64,000 nt of DNA from Desulfobulbaceae bacterium (lineage in GTDB: Bacteria > Desulfobacterota > Desulfobulbia > Desulfobulbales > Desulfobulbaceae). How positions within the stretch are numbered: the first letter of the stretch is position 1; each line of letters opens with the position of its first letter. Of the stretch, positions 48,916-59,281 are shown piece after piece. The notes beneath the pieces are model-generated. The model was not told the DNA's origin and ran no database searches. It saw only the letters and a program-made list of their open reading frames with translations. Where the stretch lies: positions 7,864-71,863 of the forward strand of contig WFRY01000466.1 of assembly GCA_015486315.1 (NCBI GenBank), written 5' to 3'. Made by a program: the position numbers and the translations under genes.

Positions 48916-49332
48916 TCAGCAGGAGGCAGTAATGGAAGGACGCGGGAAATTATCCTGGAATTCAGTGACGACTCCAAGAGGGTCATCGGCGTAATAAAGG
49001 ATCATGGTCTGGAGAAACATATAACTGTCAACATCCATATCAACAAATTCAAGGGCCATACCGGCATTTCCGCTCCGAATCACCCGGGCACAAAACTTAA
49101 CCACCCGGCAGGTATGAGGCCCATCATCATGCAACTCAAATTCGCAGATATCACCTGCCTGCAGAGAACTTCCCCCCTGAATGGATACTCCCCCCATACT
49201 CAGATTGCTCACCTTATCAAAACGTTGCTTCCTGTCATGTACGGTTAACCAGGCACAACGATCAAAAGCAACTCTGGAAAAACGGCGCCGTTCCTGATTA
49301 TGCAGCAATAAGGCAGTGTTCTTCCCATTCAT
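48916..49332 (-). CDS. Stand-alone PilZ-domain protein
   Basis: RRRFSRV ... NLSMGG (RxxxR and D/NxSxxG motifs). Confidence 0.75.
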   Translation of the reverse strand: MNGKNTALLLHNQERRRFSRVAFDRCAWLTVHDRKQRFDKVSNLSMGGVSIQGGSSLQAGDICEFELHDDGPHTCRVVKFCARVIRSGNAGMALEFVDMDVDSYMFLQTMILYYADDPLGVVTEFQDNFPRPSITASC

Positions 49333-49481
49333 AGGCAGGCTCCATTACATGCTAATAATTTATTAAATTATACACAAAATCATTTTAAAAAACCATGCTT
49401 TTTGAAACAAAAAAATTATGGGCTGTTAACCAATTGTTTGTTGAGCACTTCAACACTCCAACCGATCTTACACTTTAATGA

Positions 49482-50084
49482 TTACTCACACTGCTCACAC
49501 CGGCGGTTTCTTCGACGCAAAACCTGAAAGCCTGCAATGAGACAGAGCACATATGTAATAAGAAAAACAGAGGTCACGTTCAGCCCGGAGATACCGAAAC
49601 TGTTGGCCGGGACAAGTACAGCAAAGGGATGGCCTGTACGGCTCAGGAGCACGGTTTCCGTAAAAACCGTATTGAGCCAGGCCAGCACCAGAAAAAGAGG
49701 GAGCATGTATACAGTTACATACCGGGCATAATGATGGGCCAGGTAGGTGTTAAAATCACTGTTCAATTCATCATCGGTTACCCTGTACAGAGCCTCGCGG
49801 CTGTATTTATCCGAGATAAGCTGCAGATCCTGCTGACGCCTGCGTTTTTCAGCAAACAGGGCGTTGAAATGCTTTACCTTCTGTTCGACATGTAACAGGT
49901 GACGGAGAAAAAAAGAAAAACAGGCCGTCAACACGCCTAAAAAAACTACATGCAGCCAGACGGGCATGTGCAGAAAGACCAGCGGCTGAATCAGAATCAG
50001 GCTGAGCAGGCGTCCGAACAGTTGGAACAGTGGGGAAATACAGTCGTAATACAACCAGTCAAGAATGTTATTTAAACCTTCCAT
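49482..50084 (-). CDS. Integral membrane protein of unknown function
   Basis: About 4 TM helices. I moved the start to the ATG at 50084 because the ORF-track GTG at 50144 lies inside the upstream terminator hairpin. Confidence 0.5.
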   Translation of the reverse strand: MEGLNNILDWLYYDCISPLFQLFGRLLSLILIQPLVFLHMPVWLHVVFLGVLTACFSFFLRHLLHVEQKVKHFNALFAEKRRRQQDLQLISDKYSREALYRVTDDELNSDFNTYLAHHYARYVTVYMLPLFLVLAWLNTVFTETVLLSRTGHPFAVLVPANSFGISGLNVTSVFLITYVLCLIAGFQVLRRRNRRCEQCE

Positions 50085-50112
50085 AGAAACCTTGCATGCA
50101 CAATCAGAAACC

Positions 50113-50147
50113 GGAAACAAAAATGGGGTGAACAAGCTGTTCACCCC
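50113..50147 (-). terminator. Rho-independent terminator after the TauE-like gene
   Basis: The minus strand reads GGGGTGAACA-GCT-TGTTCACCCC followed by ATTTTTGTTT. Confidence 0.8.
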
Positions 50148-50179
50148 ACTCTACCTTACTCCTGTTCAGGATACAAATT

Positions 50180-51871
50180 TTAACGCATGAACCAGAGCAG
50201 TCCCGTATACTTCATAAAGGTCAGGATCAGGGCAGCTGCCAGCATCCGTTTCAGGAAAATTTCCGGCAGTTTTTTCTGGATTTTAGGACCAACCACACCA
50301 CCGCACATGGCACCTGCAGCGATCAGCGCAGCCATAATCCAGTCAGGTTGATACCCGAGCATTACATACTTGGCCACAGCACCGACAGAGGTGGAAAACG
50401 TACCTGCCAGGGCAATGGGTACGGCCAGATACATCGGGTAGCCGACCATGGTGGTCATGAAGGGCATGAACATGAAACCACCGCCTACACCAAAGGAGGA
50501 AGCGATGATACCCATGATAAGACCACCGATCAACATCAGGAGGGGTTTGGCAACAAAGGTCTCACCCCAGAAGCGCATATCAAAACTGATAAAATTAAAT
50601 TTATCAAATTCAATGGAACCCATCTGCATGGCCTTACCGGATTCCTTAGCCTCTTTCACTGCTGCATTGAACTTCTGCACAATAGCCTTCATGGCCTTTT
50701 TCTTCTCAATAGCAGAGGGCATGGCCTCGGTAAACAGCTTGATACCGATGACAAGACAGATAATACCAAGATAAAATTTAAACGCTGCAAGGTTCAGGTA
50801 CTTGGCTGACAGAGGAGGTCCAATAAAAAAGGCACCGGTAACAATACCAATGGCAAAGGGAATGGCGACCGGTGTAGCAAATCGTTTTTCTTTGATAAAG
50901 GTCATCAGACCGGTGATGGGCGAACACATGGTCAGGAAGAGGTTGGTGGGTTTGATGGTATTACCGGCATTAATACCGATGGGGCCCTTGGTACCGATGA
51001 CAGTAATCTGAAAGGCAGCCGTGAACAGACCGCCGGCCGCACCCATGATGACAAACAGAATACCAATTATGAAGGCACCACCGAAAACAATCAGCGGATT
51101 CATATAGACGTTGCCTGTCTTAAAAAAGAAACCGGATTTTTCAATGGTCAGAGTATCAACTTTCTGGCCGTTGACATACACGCCCAATTGAGTACCTGGA
51201 GCAATATTTTTATACGGCTTCATGCTCATGGAAAACTTACCGGTCTGCTTATCCAGGGAGAGCGTTACATCCTTATTCCATGCCTCCGGCTGCTGCTGAG
51301 CATCGGTCAGGACCATACGGGTATTGCCTGCCTTGATGGGTGCCTCTTTGGCAACGGTGTTGATACCAAATTTTTTCTCATGGGTAAAGGTAAGGAACTT
51401 CCATTGCTCCTCTGTTTTTACCGTAGCAAGCATCCCCTTGACAGCAGGATCAATATCACCCCAATCTTTCAGCTTGTTGATCCGTACATTATACTTGAAC
51501 GGCGGAAAGGCAAAAATCCCTTTGGTCTGCCCTTTCCATGAGTCTTCAGCTGTTGCCAGTTTGTCAGGAGTATTGCTGACCACATAGTAAACGGGCGGGA
51601 TAGCGGTGTCACCAAAGGCATTTTTACCTTTCTTACCATTTTTCAGCCTCTTTTTTTCCTTGGGACCAAGTGCATCATCAGGTGAGAACATCTTCTCACT
51701 GCTGATAATCACAAAAAGATCCTGTCCGGGGGCAATGGTCCCTTCCAGGCTGATCGCACTACCTGCCTTTACAGATTTTGCGGCCAACTTTGCATCAACC
51801 GCCAGTGCACCGGAACTGACAAGCATAACGCCTGCAAGCACAATACCAAGTAATAGAGAAATTCGTTTCAT
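50180..51871 (-). CDS. TauE/SafE (TSUP) family anion exporter fused to a ~250-aa N-terminal extracytoplasmic domain
   Basis: Signal peptide, a soluble Lys-rich domain, then a TSUP membrane core (GAAGGLF...; FGVGGGFMFMPFM...; GGVVGPKIQKKLP). Confidence 0.7.
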   Translation of the reverse strand: MKRISLLLGIVLAGVMLVSSGALAVDAKLAAKSVKAGSAISLEGTIAPGQDLFVIISSEKMFSPDDALGPKEKKRLKNGKKGKNAFGDTAIPPVYYVVSNTPDKLATAEDSWKGQTKGIFAFPPFKYNVRINKLKDWGDIDPAVKGMLATVKTEEQWKFLTFTHEKKFGINTVAKEAPIKAGNTRMVLTDAQQQPEAWNKDVTLSLDKQTGKFSMSMKPYKNIAPGTQLGVYVNGQKVDTLTIEKSGFFFKTGNVYMNPLIVFGGAFIIGILFVIMGAAGGLFTAAFQITVIGTKGPIGINAGNTIKPTNLFLTMCSPITGLMTFIKEKRFATPVAIPFAIGIVTGAFFIGPPLSAKYLNLAAFKFYLGIICLVIGIKLFTEAMPSAIEKKKAMKAIVQKFNAAVKEAKESGKAMQMGSIEFDKFNFISFDMRFWGETFVAKPLLMLIGGLIMGIIASSFGVGGGFMFMPFMTTMVGYPMYLAVPIALAGTFSTSVGAVAKYVMLGYQPDWIMAALIAAGAMCGGVVGPKIQKKLPEIFLKRMLAAALILTFMKYTGLLWFMR

Positions 51872-52240
51872 ACAGCTCCTCCTGTTATTCCTTGAACAAT
51901 CTTAGCCAACCTTCATAAACAGGTGTTTAACCACCTGGAATACAACCCACAGCTTCTTCTTTATTTTCACCTCCTTTTATGAGACTCCATCGCATCATTT
52001 ACTGCAAAAAATTTTCAAGTACAATCGACAAGGTCTGCATCATCCACCTGCTCTTTACGCACAAACCCCGTCATGGTGGTCATCTATGAGCCCGTTGATT
52101 TAATGTATTTGCACCCGATCTTTGTGTTATACGAAAAAATTTATCCTCGGAATATCAGCTATATGCCTGCGGTAAATTTTTTCGTATGCCTTGATCTCGA
52201 ACGAAAATCCTATTAAATCAACAGACTCATCTATTAACAG

Positions 52241-52693
52241 TTATACCTCGGTCAAGGTGACAAATGTCAACGCATGCGTGGTGCACTTGGTGACACAGGC
52301 CGGTTTCAGTCCTTCATCAACCCGGTCAACGCAGAAATCGCATTTTACCATTTTACCGGTTAGCGGATTAAACTGCGGAACCCCCCAGGGACAGGCACCG
52401 GCACAGGCCATGCAGCCGATACATTTTTCCTGATCCAGCATAACAATGCCGTCTTCCCGTTTGGTAAGAGCCCCAACCGGGCAGATCTCGGCACAGTATG
52501 GATCATCACACTGATAACAGCTGCGAAAAGAAAATTCAGTTTTAGGGACACCCTTGATTGACTTGAGAGGCTTATGGTCAATTTCACATAAGATAGGACC
52601 AAAGGGTAAATTCTTATTGGTCTTGCAATGTACCTCGCAACCATGACAACCAATGCACCGTTTGGTATCGAGATAGATCATATATTTGTTCAT
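52241..52693 (-). CDS. 4Fe-4S ferredoxin-type subunit of a molybdopterin oxidoreductase
   Basis: Several CxxCxxCxxxC(P) clusters (CIGCHGCEVHC, CYQCDDPYCAEICP, CIGCMACAGACP). The start overlaps the stop of the catalytic subunit. Confidence 0.88.
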   Translation of the reverse strand: MNKYMIYLDTKRCIGCHGCEVHCKTNKNLPFGPILCEIDHKPLKSIKGVPKTEFSFRSCYQCDDPYCAEICPVGALTKREDGIVMLDQEKCIGCMACAGACPWGVPQFNPLTGKMVKCDFCVDRVDEGLKPACVTKCTTHALTFVTLTEV

Positions 52694-54801
52694 AATTCGA
52701 CCCTCCTCTTCATATTCCGGGCACTTCTGCGCACGGTAACAAAAGCCTCACAAAGATTGATTGCGCCCCCTGCCTTATCCCAGTTGTCAAGCATACCGAC
52801 CATCAGCTTTTGATCGCTCAAACCTGCATGATAGGATCTACTCTGCAGGGGAACCTGTTTACCAAAGCCATGTACGGTGTACACACATTCAGGATGAATA
52901 AATTCGGTAACATGTGCCTCAATCCTCTGTTTAAATCCATCCGCAGCAATAACATCTACAAGATCGCCGCTGACGACCCCCAGCTTTGCTGCCACCTTGG
53001 TATTGATCCACAGGGAATTTTTCGGCATCAACTCATAGAGCAGAATATTATTGACCGTATGCCCATGGGTATGCACGGCCGACCGACCGTAAACCAGGCG
53101 AAACTGCCCCTTGGGAGCTTTGGTAGGACTGGTGTACGGCTTCAGGGAGTCAAGCCCTGCATCGGTAAGTTTTTTGCTGATAATCTCAATTTTTCCGGAA
53201 GGGGTCTTAAACTGACCGTCAAGTTTATCCCGGTCAAACATGATCGGTTCATCCGTGAGCGACACAAATCCCTTTTCAGCAAAATCTTCTATAGTAAGGC
53301 CGGTTGGTTCCAGCTGCCATTTCCAGAGATCCTCAATGGTCTTGTACGGGAAGTGCTCATCGAGATCGAGTCTGGTGGCCAGCTGTTTAAAAATCTCCCA
53401 ACTTGGTTTGGTATCAAATACAGGATCAACCGCCTTACGACGAACAGCAAGCCGCGGCTTAAGGCCTTTCTGGAGGCAGATCGGGTTATCCCGTTCAAGA
53501 TAGGTGGATTCCGGCAGAATGACATCGGCGTACCAGCCGAACTCACTGTAATGAGTATCTATGGAAACAAGCAGATCACAGTTGTCAAAAGCACGTTTCT
53601 GGGCCTCGGGATCCGGCATGCCTGACAGGGGATCGTGGCGCATGGCGATCCACGCCTTTATCGGGTAAGGATCCTGGCTGTGCATGGTTGGAAAAAAGAG
53701 GTGCGCAAGCCCTGGTCCCTTGTCAAAGTGATTATATTTCCAGCCGACCCCATCGCCCCGTTTGATGTCTGGTTTGGGGCAGTCAAGATTCCGGATACCC
53801 TTAACGCCGCAGTCTCCCGGTCCTTTAGGAATAAGCAGGCCGCCCTCCTGCTCAATATTTCCCATTAAAATATTAAGCGTATGCAGGGCACGGCTGACAT
53901 AAAAAGAATCTTTATAGCGCGACAGATTCCAGCCCGGATGGAAGATAACTTTCGGACTGTCTTCCAGTACCTCATCAACAAATGCCTTAATCGCCTTTTC
54001 CTTAACGCCGCACTCTTTGGCAGCCCATTTGGGACTGTACTGTTCAATAAAGTAGCAAAGCTCATCAAAACCGGTGACATACTTGTCTATGAAGTCGCCG
54101 TCAAAGGCCTCTTTTTTGATAATCTCATGGATCATACCCAGGGCCAGGGCATAATCCGTGCCCGGACGGACCTGAAAAAATCGTGTCGCCTTCAGACCTG
54201 TCATGCTCTGACGAACATCTACATAGGTCAACCGCCCGCCGTTTTCCAGCATGTCCATGGTCTGGAGATTCACTGCTATCTGCAGGGAAGCAAACATATT
54301 ACGACCGAAGAGGACGAGATGCTTTGCATTTTTTATGTCATAGCTAAACCCCTTGCGTCCGACCCCGTTTATGGACAGACTGGCATGATGGGTATTACGG
54401 CCGCAGGTACAGTCATGATTGGTGTAGTTGGGAGATCCAAAACCATGACAGAAGGTCTTGTACATACCCTGCCATGGACCTCCTCTTGAGGACACGACAA
54501 GAGATTCAGGACCGTATTCCGATTTAATATTTTTTAATTTATCAGCAATATAATCGTAGGCAGTGGGCCAGCTGACCTTTTTCCAGCGACCGGCTCCACG
54601 ACCACCTTCACGAATAAGCGGCTGCTGCGGTCGTTCATCATCTTTTACAAGAGCCGTACCGGCTGATCCTTTCGCACATAGAGCACCACCTATCAGGTGC
54701 TGATTACCCTCAATCCATGTTACTTCGTTATCTTCGACCTCGACCCGAATGGGACAGCGTACGGTACACATCCCGCAGATGGAGTACACTGATTTTTTCA
54801 T
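52690..54801 (-). CDS. Molybdopterin (bis-MGD) oxidoreductase catalytic subunit, Psr/Phs-like, no Tat signal
   Basis: N-terminal Fe-S motif CGMCTVRC and DMSO-reductase-family blocks along the whole length. No RRxFLK signal. Uninterrupted ORF, so no selenocysteine TGA. Confidence 0.85.
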   Translation of the reverse strand: MKKSVYSICGMCTVRCPIRVEVEDNEVTWIEGNQHLIGGALCAKGSAGTALVKDDERPQQPLIREGGRGAGRWKKVSWPTAYDYIADKLKNIKSEYGPESLVVSSRGGPWQGMYKTFCHGFGSPNYTNHDCTCGRNTHHASLSINGVGRKGFSYDIKNAKHLVLFGRNMFASLQIAVNLQTMDMLENGGRLTYVDVRQSMTGLKATRFFQVRPGTDYALALGMIHEIIKKEAFDGDFIDKYVTGFDELCYFIEQYSPKWAAKECGVKEKAIKAFVDEVLEDSPKVIFHPGWNLSRYKDSFYVSRALHTLNILMGNIEQEGGLLIPKGPGDCGVKGIRNLDCPKPDIKRGDGVGWKYNHFDKGPGLAHLFFPTMHSQDPYPIKAWIAMRHDPLSGMPDPEAQKRAFDNCDLLVSIDTHYSEFGWYADVILPESTYLERDNPICLQKGLKPRLAVRRKAVDPVFDTKPSWEIFKQLATRLDLDEHFPYKTIEDLWKWQLEPTGLTIEDFAEKGFVSLTDEPIMFDRDKLDGQFKTPSGKIEIISKKLTDAGLDSLKPYTSPTKAPKGQFRLVYGRSAVHTHGHTVNNILLYELMPKNSLWINTKVAAKLGVVSGDLVDVIAADGFKQRIEAHVTEFIHPECVYTVHGFGKQVPLQSRSYHAGLSDQKLMVGMLDNWDKAGGAINLCEAFVTVRRSARNMKRRVEL

Positions 54802-54844
54802 GATCATTTCTCCTTACTCATAAGTTATTTTTTAACAATCAGGT

Positions 54845-55207
54845 TCATGACTTCTTTAAAACCAGTTCTACCTTCTCTTCCAGTTCATCACGATCAATTG
54901 GTTTTACGCAGTACTCGTCAGCACCAAGACTGATTGCTTCCCGGGCTGTTTCGACCGTCGGATAGCCGGTGAGCATAATTGCATGCATATCAGGCGTTGA
55001 CTCTTTCAACAGACCCAGTACCTCAACACCGCTCATCTTTTTGAGTTTTATATCAAGAATTGCCAGATCAATCCTGTTTTCCTTGGCAAAGTTAATAGCT
55101 TCATCCTCTTCAGTAAAAGTGTGTACCTTATGTCCTTTTTTTGAAAGAATTTTACCTATGAGTACGGTGGCGTCCTGTACATCATCAAGCGCTAAAATTT
55201 CAGCCAT
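54845..55207 (-). CDS. Single-domain response regulator (CheY-like receiver)
   Basis: DLAILDIKL (phospho-acceptor Asp), IMLTG and K at the expected spacing. Confidence 0.88.
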   Translation of the reverse strand: MAEILALDDVQDATVLIGKILSKKGHKVHTFTEEDEAINFAKENRIDLAILDIKLKKMSGVEVLGLLKESTPDMHAIMLTGYPTVETAREAISLGADEYCVKPIDRDELEEKVELVLKKS

Positions 55208-55277
55208 ATTTACCTCCTTACAATTTAAGTAGAGCTGTTACTCTACAAATATCTTCTGCAATGTGTTGTCGACACAT

Positions 55278-56861
55278 TCAGGCTACAGCCTGTTCTTCAC
55301 TGGCGACCGGTAAAATAATTCGGAAAACAGTCCCCTGAGTTGTTTCACCGGTCCGTTCATCTTTAACCGGACTTTCTATCTCCACTATCCCACCATGATC
55401 CTTAATGATTCCATAGGTGACGGACAGGCCGAGCCCCGTCCCCTTGCCAACAGGTTTGGTGGTAAAAAAAGGATCAAAAATCTTGGCCTTGATATCGTCG
55501 GGGATACCGTGTCCGGTGTCACATACGCTGGCTATTACATGCCCTCCTATCGAATCATAGGAGGTGCTTAAGAAAATATCTCCCCCACCCTGCTCTTCCA
55601 TGGCATGGTGAGCGTTATTCACCAGGTTGACAAAAACCTGGCGCAGTTTCTCAGCATCGCCAACAACCTCGGGAAGATTATCTTCAAGTTCCAGATGGCC
55701 CTGTATATGATCAATATTGAGGTTATGCTCGGTTACTGCAAGCACATCGGCAAGGACTTCATTCAAATTTAAATTTTCCCTGATACTACCGGTCTGACGA
55801 GAGAATTTCAGCAGATCAGCAACAATCTTACGGGAAGCCTTGGTCTGTCGCTCAATGACTTCCAGATTCTGATATGTTTCGGAATCTTCGTCAAAATCAT
55901 CTTTCATTAACTGAGAATACCCCAGGATAATTCCAAGAGGAGTATTGATTTCATGGGCAACCCCTGCCGCCATCTGCCCCACCGATGCCATTTTTTCACT
56001 TGAAACCAGCTGCTCCATCATGGTTTTAACGCGGGTAAGGTCTTTGGCTATGGCCTCACATCCGACCAGCTTTCCATAATCATCGTAAACGGCTGTTGCC
56101 GACAACAGAACAAAAATAACGGAATCATCTTTCTTTCTGAATTCAATTTCCTGATCCTGGATAAAACCATCCTTCCGGATAGTTGCAAAATAGTTATCGA
56201 CATCTGCAGCGCTGGCAAAAATCTTATCTAAACGCAACAGAGGGGCATCCGCCCGGGTGTAGCCAAGCATCTCCAGGCCGGATTCATTGATATCCATAAG
56301 GTTACGTTCGGTATCACAGAAAAAAACCATATCTTTAGAGGCCGAAAACAGGTGGCGGAATTTCTTTTCTGATTTTGAAAGTTCAGCTGTCCGCTCTTCA
56401 ACCTTCTCCTCAAGGTTGATATTCATCTCCTCAAGATGGAGATTCAGTTCCTTCATTTCCTCGGCTGCATACTCCAGCCTTCGGTTGGCAGTCTTTAAAC
56501 CCCTAGCCTTCTTTTCGATGAAATTATACGCCTGCACACCCTTATGATAAAAAATTGTGACAGAAGAGACCGATATCAGCAACAGGGTGTTGAATCCTCC
56601 CGAATAGGGAGAAATGACCTTCCACATGGCACGATTATCGGTGAGAAAAAAGAACTGCTTGACTAAATGACCGGCTGCCCTGGAGATGGAAAACGCGGCA
56701 ATAGCCATACAGATATAAAATAAATATCCCCAGAGAAAATTTTCAGGCTGTTTCTTGGTGAGAAGATAGGCATAGCGCATAGCCAGGAAGGCAAAGATGA
56801 TATCAGCCAGAGATCCGGCCATATCGGTGACAATAGTTGGAAGGAGGGGCAACCCAGTCAT
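55278..56861 (-). CDS. Membrane-bound PAS sensor histidine kinase
   Basis: N-terminal TM helices, a coiled coil, a PAS domain, H-box [10 protein letters not shown], and N and G boxes ([17 protein letters not shown]). Confidence 0.9.
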   Translation of the reverse strand: MTGLPLLPTIVTDMAGSLADIIFAFLAMRYAYLLTKKQPENFLWGYLFYICMAIAAFSISRAAGHLVKQFFFLTDNRAMWKVISPYSGGFNTLLLISVSSVTIFYHKGVQAYNFIEKKARGLKTANRRLEYAAEEMKELNLHLEEMNINLEEKVEERTAELSKSEKKFRHLFSASKDMVFFCDTERNLMDINESGLEMLGYTRADAPLLRLDKIFASAADVDNYFATIRKDGFIQDQEIEFRKKDDSVIFVLLSATAVYDDYGKLVGCEAIAKDLTRVKTMMEQLVSSEKMASVGQMAAGVAHEINTPLGIILGYSQLMKDDFDEDSETYQNLEVIERQTKASRKIVADLLKFSRQTGSIRENLNLNEVLADVLAVTEHNLNIDHIQGHLELEDNLPEVVGDAEKLRQVFVNLVNNAHHAMEEQGGGDIFLSTSYDSIGGHVIASVCDTGHGIPDDIKAKIFDPFFTTKPVGKGTGLGLSVTYGIIKDHGGIVEIESPVKDERTGETTQGTVFRIILPVASEEQAVA

Positions 56862-57346
56862 CTCCCTGCCTCCCCGGCATGCTTTTCAACGGAACGGTAC
56901 AGAGAACGCATTCCGATATAGAGAAAAAATAATGCTGGAACCAGAACAAAATGATCAAATTTTGCTACATAAAAAATGAACTTATGTAAATTAATAGGAC
57001 CCTGTATTGTTGCCTGCAGATAACTTGTTGATACAATCATGTTTGCATCAATATGTCCGGCAATGGCATGGCCGATAAAGGCAAGAACATTCCAGCAGAG
57101 CATAACGACACAGAATTTCTGCAGGTAACGCCACCCCTGTTCGGTAAAAGAGGAACGACGAATATCCCAGTAGAGGTAGCCAAGGGCAAGAATAAAATGG
57201 ACATGGGCCATCTGATGGACATAAAGCCCTTCCGGTGGTCCATGGGACTGAAAAGCCCATGCATTGGCAGGTATGAAGAGGTAGTAGCAACAGGCAATAA
57301 ATGCCGTCAGAAAAACTCCGCCAGATTGAAAACCATCATGTTTCAT
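56858..57346 (-). CDS. His-rich integral membrane protein of unknown function, translationally coupled to the kinase
   Basis: About 4 TM helices with conserved-looking His residues (HQMAHVHF, GHAIAGH). ATGA overlap with the kinase start. Confidence 0.55.
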   Translation of the reverse strand: MKHDGFQSGGVFLTAFIACCYYLFIPANAWAFQSHGPPEGLYVHQMAHVHFILALGYLYWDIRRSSFTEQGWRYLQKFCVVMLCWNVLAFIGHAIAGHIDANMIVSTSYLQATIQGPINLHKFIFYVAKFDHFVLVPALFFLYIGMRSLYRSVEKHAGEAGR

Positions 57347-57484
57347 ACTGTTACCTTAACCTGCAGCTAAAATGATGCATCAAATACTAAACAGGAAAAA
57401 AACACATTACTATTGACAACAACAGCGGTTTTATCCCGGCCAATCAATAACTTTTCATCATTTGAAATATCAGTGAAACTGAAT

Positions 57485-57609
57485 TACGACGTTTAACAAT
57501 TTATTGCACATTACATACCAGTTATCGCAGATCAGCTAAAAAATAAATTATTAGCACAAATTCACCTGGATACGATTATAATATATAGTGAACCCTGTTA
57601 AACGTCGTA
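57485..57609. repeat. Perfect 14-bp inverted repeat pair bracketing a sigma-54-type promoter
   Basis: TACGACGTTTAACA at 57485-57498 and TGTTAAACGTCGTA at 57596-57609, separated by a 97-nt spacer. Confidence 0.7.
57505..57520 (-). promoter_or_regulatory. Candidate sigma-54 promoter for the membrane-protein/kinase/receiver/Mo-enzyme operon
   Basis: The minus strand reads TGGTATGTAATGTGCA with GG-N10-GC spacing. It ends about 160 nt upstream of the start at 57346. Confidence 0.45.
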
Positions 57610-57798
57610 CAATGAACAAAAAAAACCTGGGCAAACTGCAACAAAATAGATGCGCCTGAAACAAATAGTTTGCATTTCAGGTTGAAAAAAACAGAAACGA
57701 ACAGAGAAATATGATGAAGGTGTTAAAAAAAATAAACGGCTATACGTTACCATGGACAGCACCGCTCTCATTTTAAGACGGAACTACAGGTAAAAGAA

Positions 57799-58962
57799 CT
57801 AATCTCCTTCACGAACATACTTCATCATTTCGTCATAATACCTTCTATTGGTTGTCTTAAGGACATGTTCAATCTTCTTCCGTCGCTTGATATCAGCGCG
57901 AAGGAGTCGTTTAAGACGAAACAGGTACGACAACAGGATGATGGTTAAAATAAATACGACAATACCGGCATTTATAAAAAGACTGTATCGATCGAAGACA
58001 TCCTTATAATTTAAATAACTGATCCGTTGATATAGCCCCAGACGCAAATCCTTTTCCAGCTCATGGATAGGCTGATAGTTGCGGACGACATCCCAACCGC
58101 TAATAGAGGCACTTCGAGCTGCATCCGAATCAGACGGCATCCGTAACAGGGCAATAGTAATATCTTTATTGAGTTGATCCGGTACGGATTTCGTTGCAAC
58201 AAAAGGCCATTCAGGATAGAGCGGGGTGCTGCGAAGGAAAGAAAATGCCTCTGTCGGGAAGTATACGTTCTGGCGCAGTACTCTGAAATCCTGGATGTTG
58301 ATCTTTCCCTCCTGCTGCATTTTTTCCAGGATATCCGTTCGTACTGTGCCGGCGTCATATTTACCATCACGGACGGAAAAAACGACGTCATCCTGGGTAC
58401 CGACAAAGGCCACGGAATTGATATCTCCAGCCGGAGTGACATGTAACTTTTTCAACTCCCGCCAGGCCATGAGCCAACCTCCGAGAGAATTTTTGCTCAC
58501 TGCAGCAAAAGAGGCGTTTTTCAGGTCTTTATAATGAAGAATATGCGAATCCGCTCTGACGAAAATGACCCCGCCAAATACGGAATACCCTTTGCCGTCC
58601 CGTAAATTTTCAAGTGTGGCAAGCGGCCTGACCCCATCTTCCGTGGACAGGGTCAGAAAGAGTGCGGGATTGGCCAGTATGAACTCAACCTTTTTTTGTT
58701 TTACTGCCCCGGATATTTCATCAAATGACAGCGGCACAATCTCGAAACGATGGCCAATGATTTCACGGGTTAAATAATCCGCTGTCGCCTTCCATTTGAG
58801 AAGGGCTGCCGTACTGCCTCTTTTTGCCAGCACTCCGATTCGATGCACTTTATTTATTTCAACTTTTGCCGACCATGCCTCGTTAAATCCAGACAGAACA
58901 AGAAAAAAGCCTACAAAAACCACATAACAAGATGCCGGCATTTTGAATCGAAATATAATCAT
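57799..58962 (-). CDS. PhnD/SsuA-like periplasmic binding domain protein with C-terminal membrane anchor
   Basis: Signal or anchor at the N-terminus, IGVLAKRG...LKWKATADYL...FEIVPLSFDEI...FILANPALF, then one TM helix (INAGIVVFILTIILLSYLF) and a short basic tail. Confidence 0.7.
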   Translation of the reverse strand: MIIFRFKMPASCYVVFVGFFLVLSGFNEAWSAKVEINKVHRIGVLAKRGSTAALLKWKATADYLTREIIGHRFEIVPLSFDEISGAVKQKKVEFILANPALFLTLSTEDGVRPLATLENLRDGKGYSVFGGVIFVRADSHILHYKDLKNASFAAVSKNSLGGWLMAWRELKKLHVTPAGDINSVAFVGTQDDVVFSVRDGKYDAGTVRTDILEKMQQEGKINIQDFRVLRQNVYFPTEAFSFLRSTPLYPEWPFVATKSVPDQLNKDITIALLRMPSDSDAARSASISGWDVVRNYQPIHELEKDLRLGLYQRISYLNYKDVFDRYSLFINAGIVVFILTIILLSYLFRLKRLLRADIKRRKKIEHVLKTTNRRYYDEMMKYVREGD

Positions 58963-59027
58963 TGACCGCCTCTATACACATATACTGAAAAGCTTTATAT
59001 ACGTCTCAGACTACCTCTTTCAAACTA

Positions 59028-59043
59028 TGCAACAATCAATCCA
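59028..59043 (-). promoter_or_regulatory. Candidate sigma-54 promoter for the PhnD-like gene
   Basis: The minus strand reads TGGATTGATTGTTGCA with GG-N10-GC spacing and a consensus -12 TTGCA. It ends 66 nt upstream of the start. Confidence 0.5.
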
Positions 59044-59281
59044 TAAAATGTACAAACGCGGCAGCTATTTATTTTATATACAATTACAGCGCGTTACAAG
59101 ATTCAAGAAAAGTTGGCAAATAAATTTATAAATGGAAAAAGAAAAATGGAACGTAAGGTGCCGCAAAACTGTTGCAGGGGAGGAGGAATTAAAAGTCGAC
59201 AGGCGTAGACTCCCCCTGGCGGGCAATTATGGTCTACCCCAAAGGATCAGTCAGCATGCCGGGTAAGCACTTCCAACTACA

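Noticed and set aside
51968-51978. A very strong Shine-Dalgarno-like AAAAGGAGGTG on the minus strand in the 369-nt gap between the Fe-S subunit gene and the TauE-like gene.
   Set aside because: No ATG lies at suitable spacing. The only candidate is the overlapping GTG, which would give a 22-aa peptide (MKIKKKLWVVFQVVKHLFMKVG). This is too weak to call a gene without conservation or translation data.
52690-54807. Selenocysteine or a Tat signal in the molybdoenzyme.
   Set aside because: The ORF is uninterrupted, with no in-frame TGA. The N-terminus goes straight into the Fe-S cluster motif without an RRxFLK sequence.
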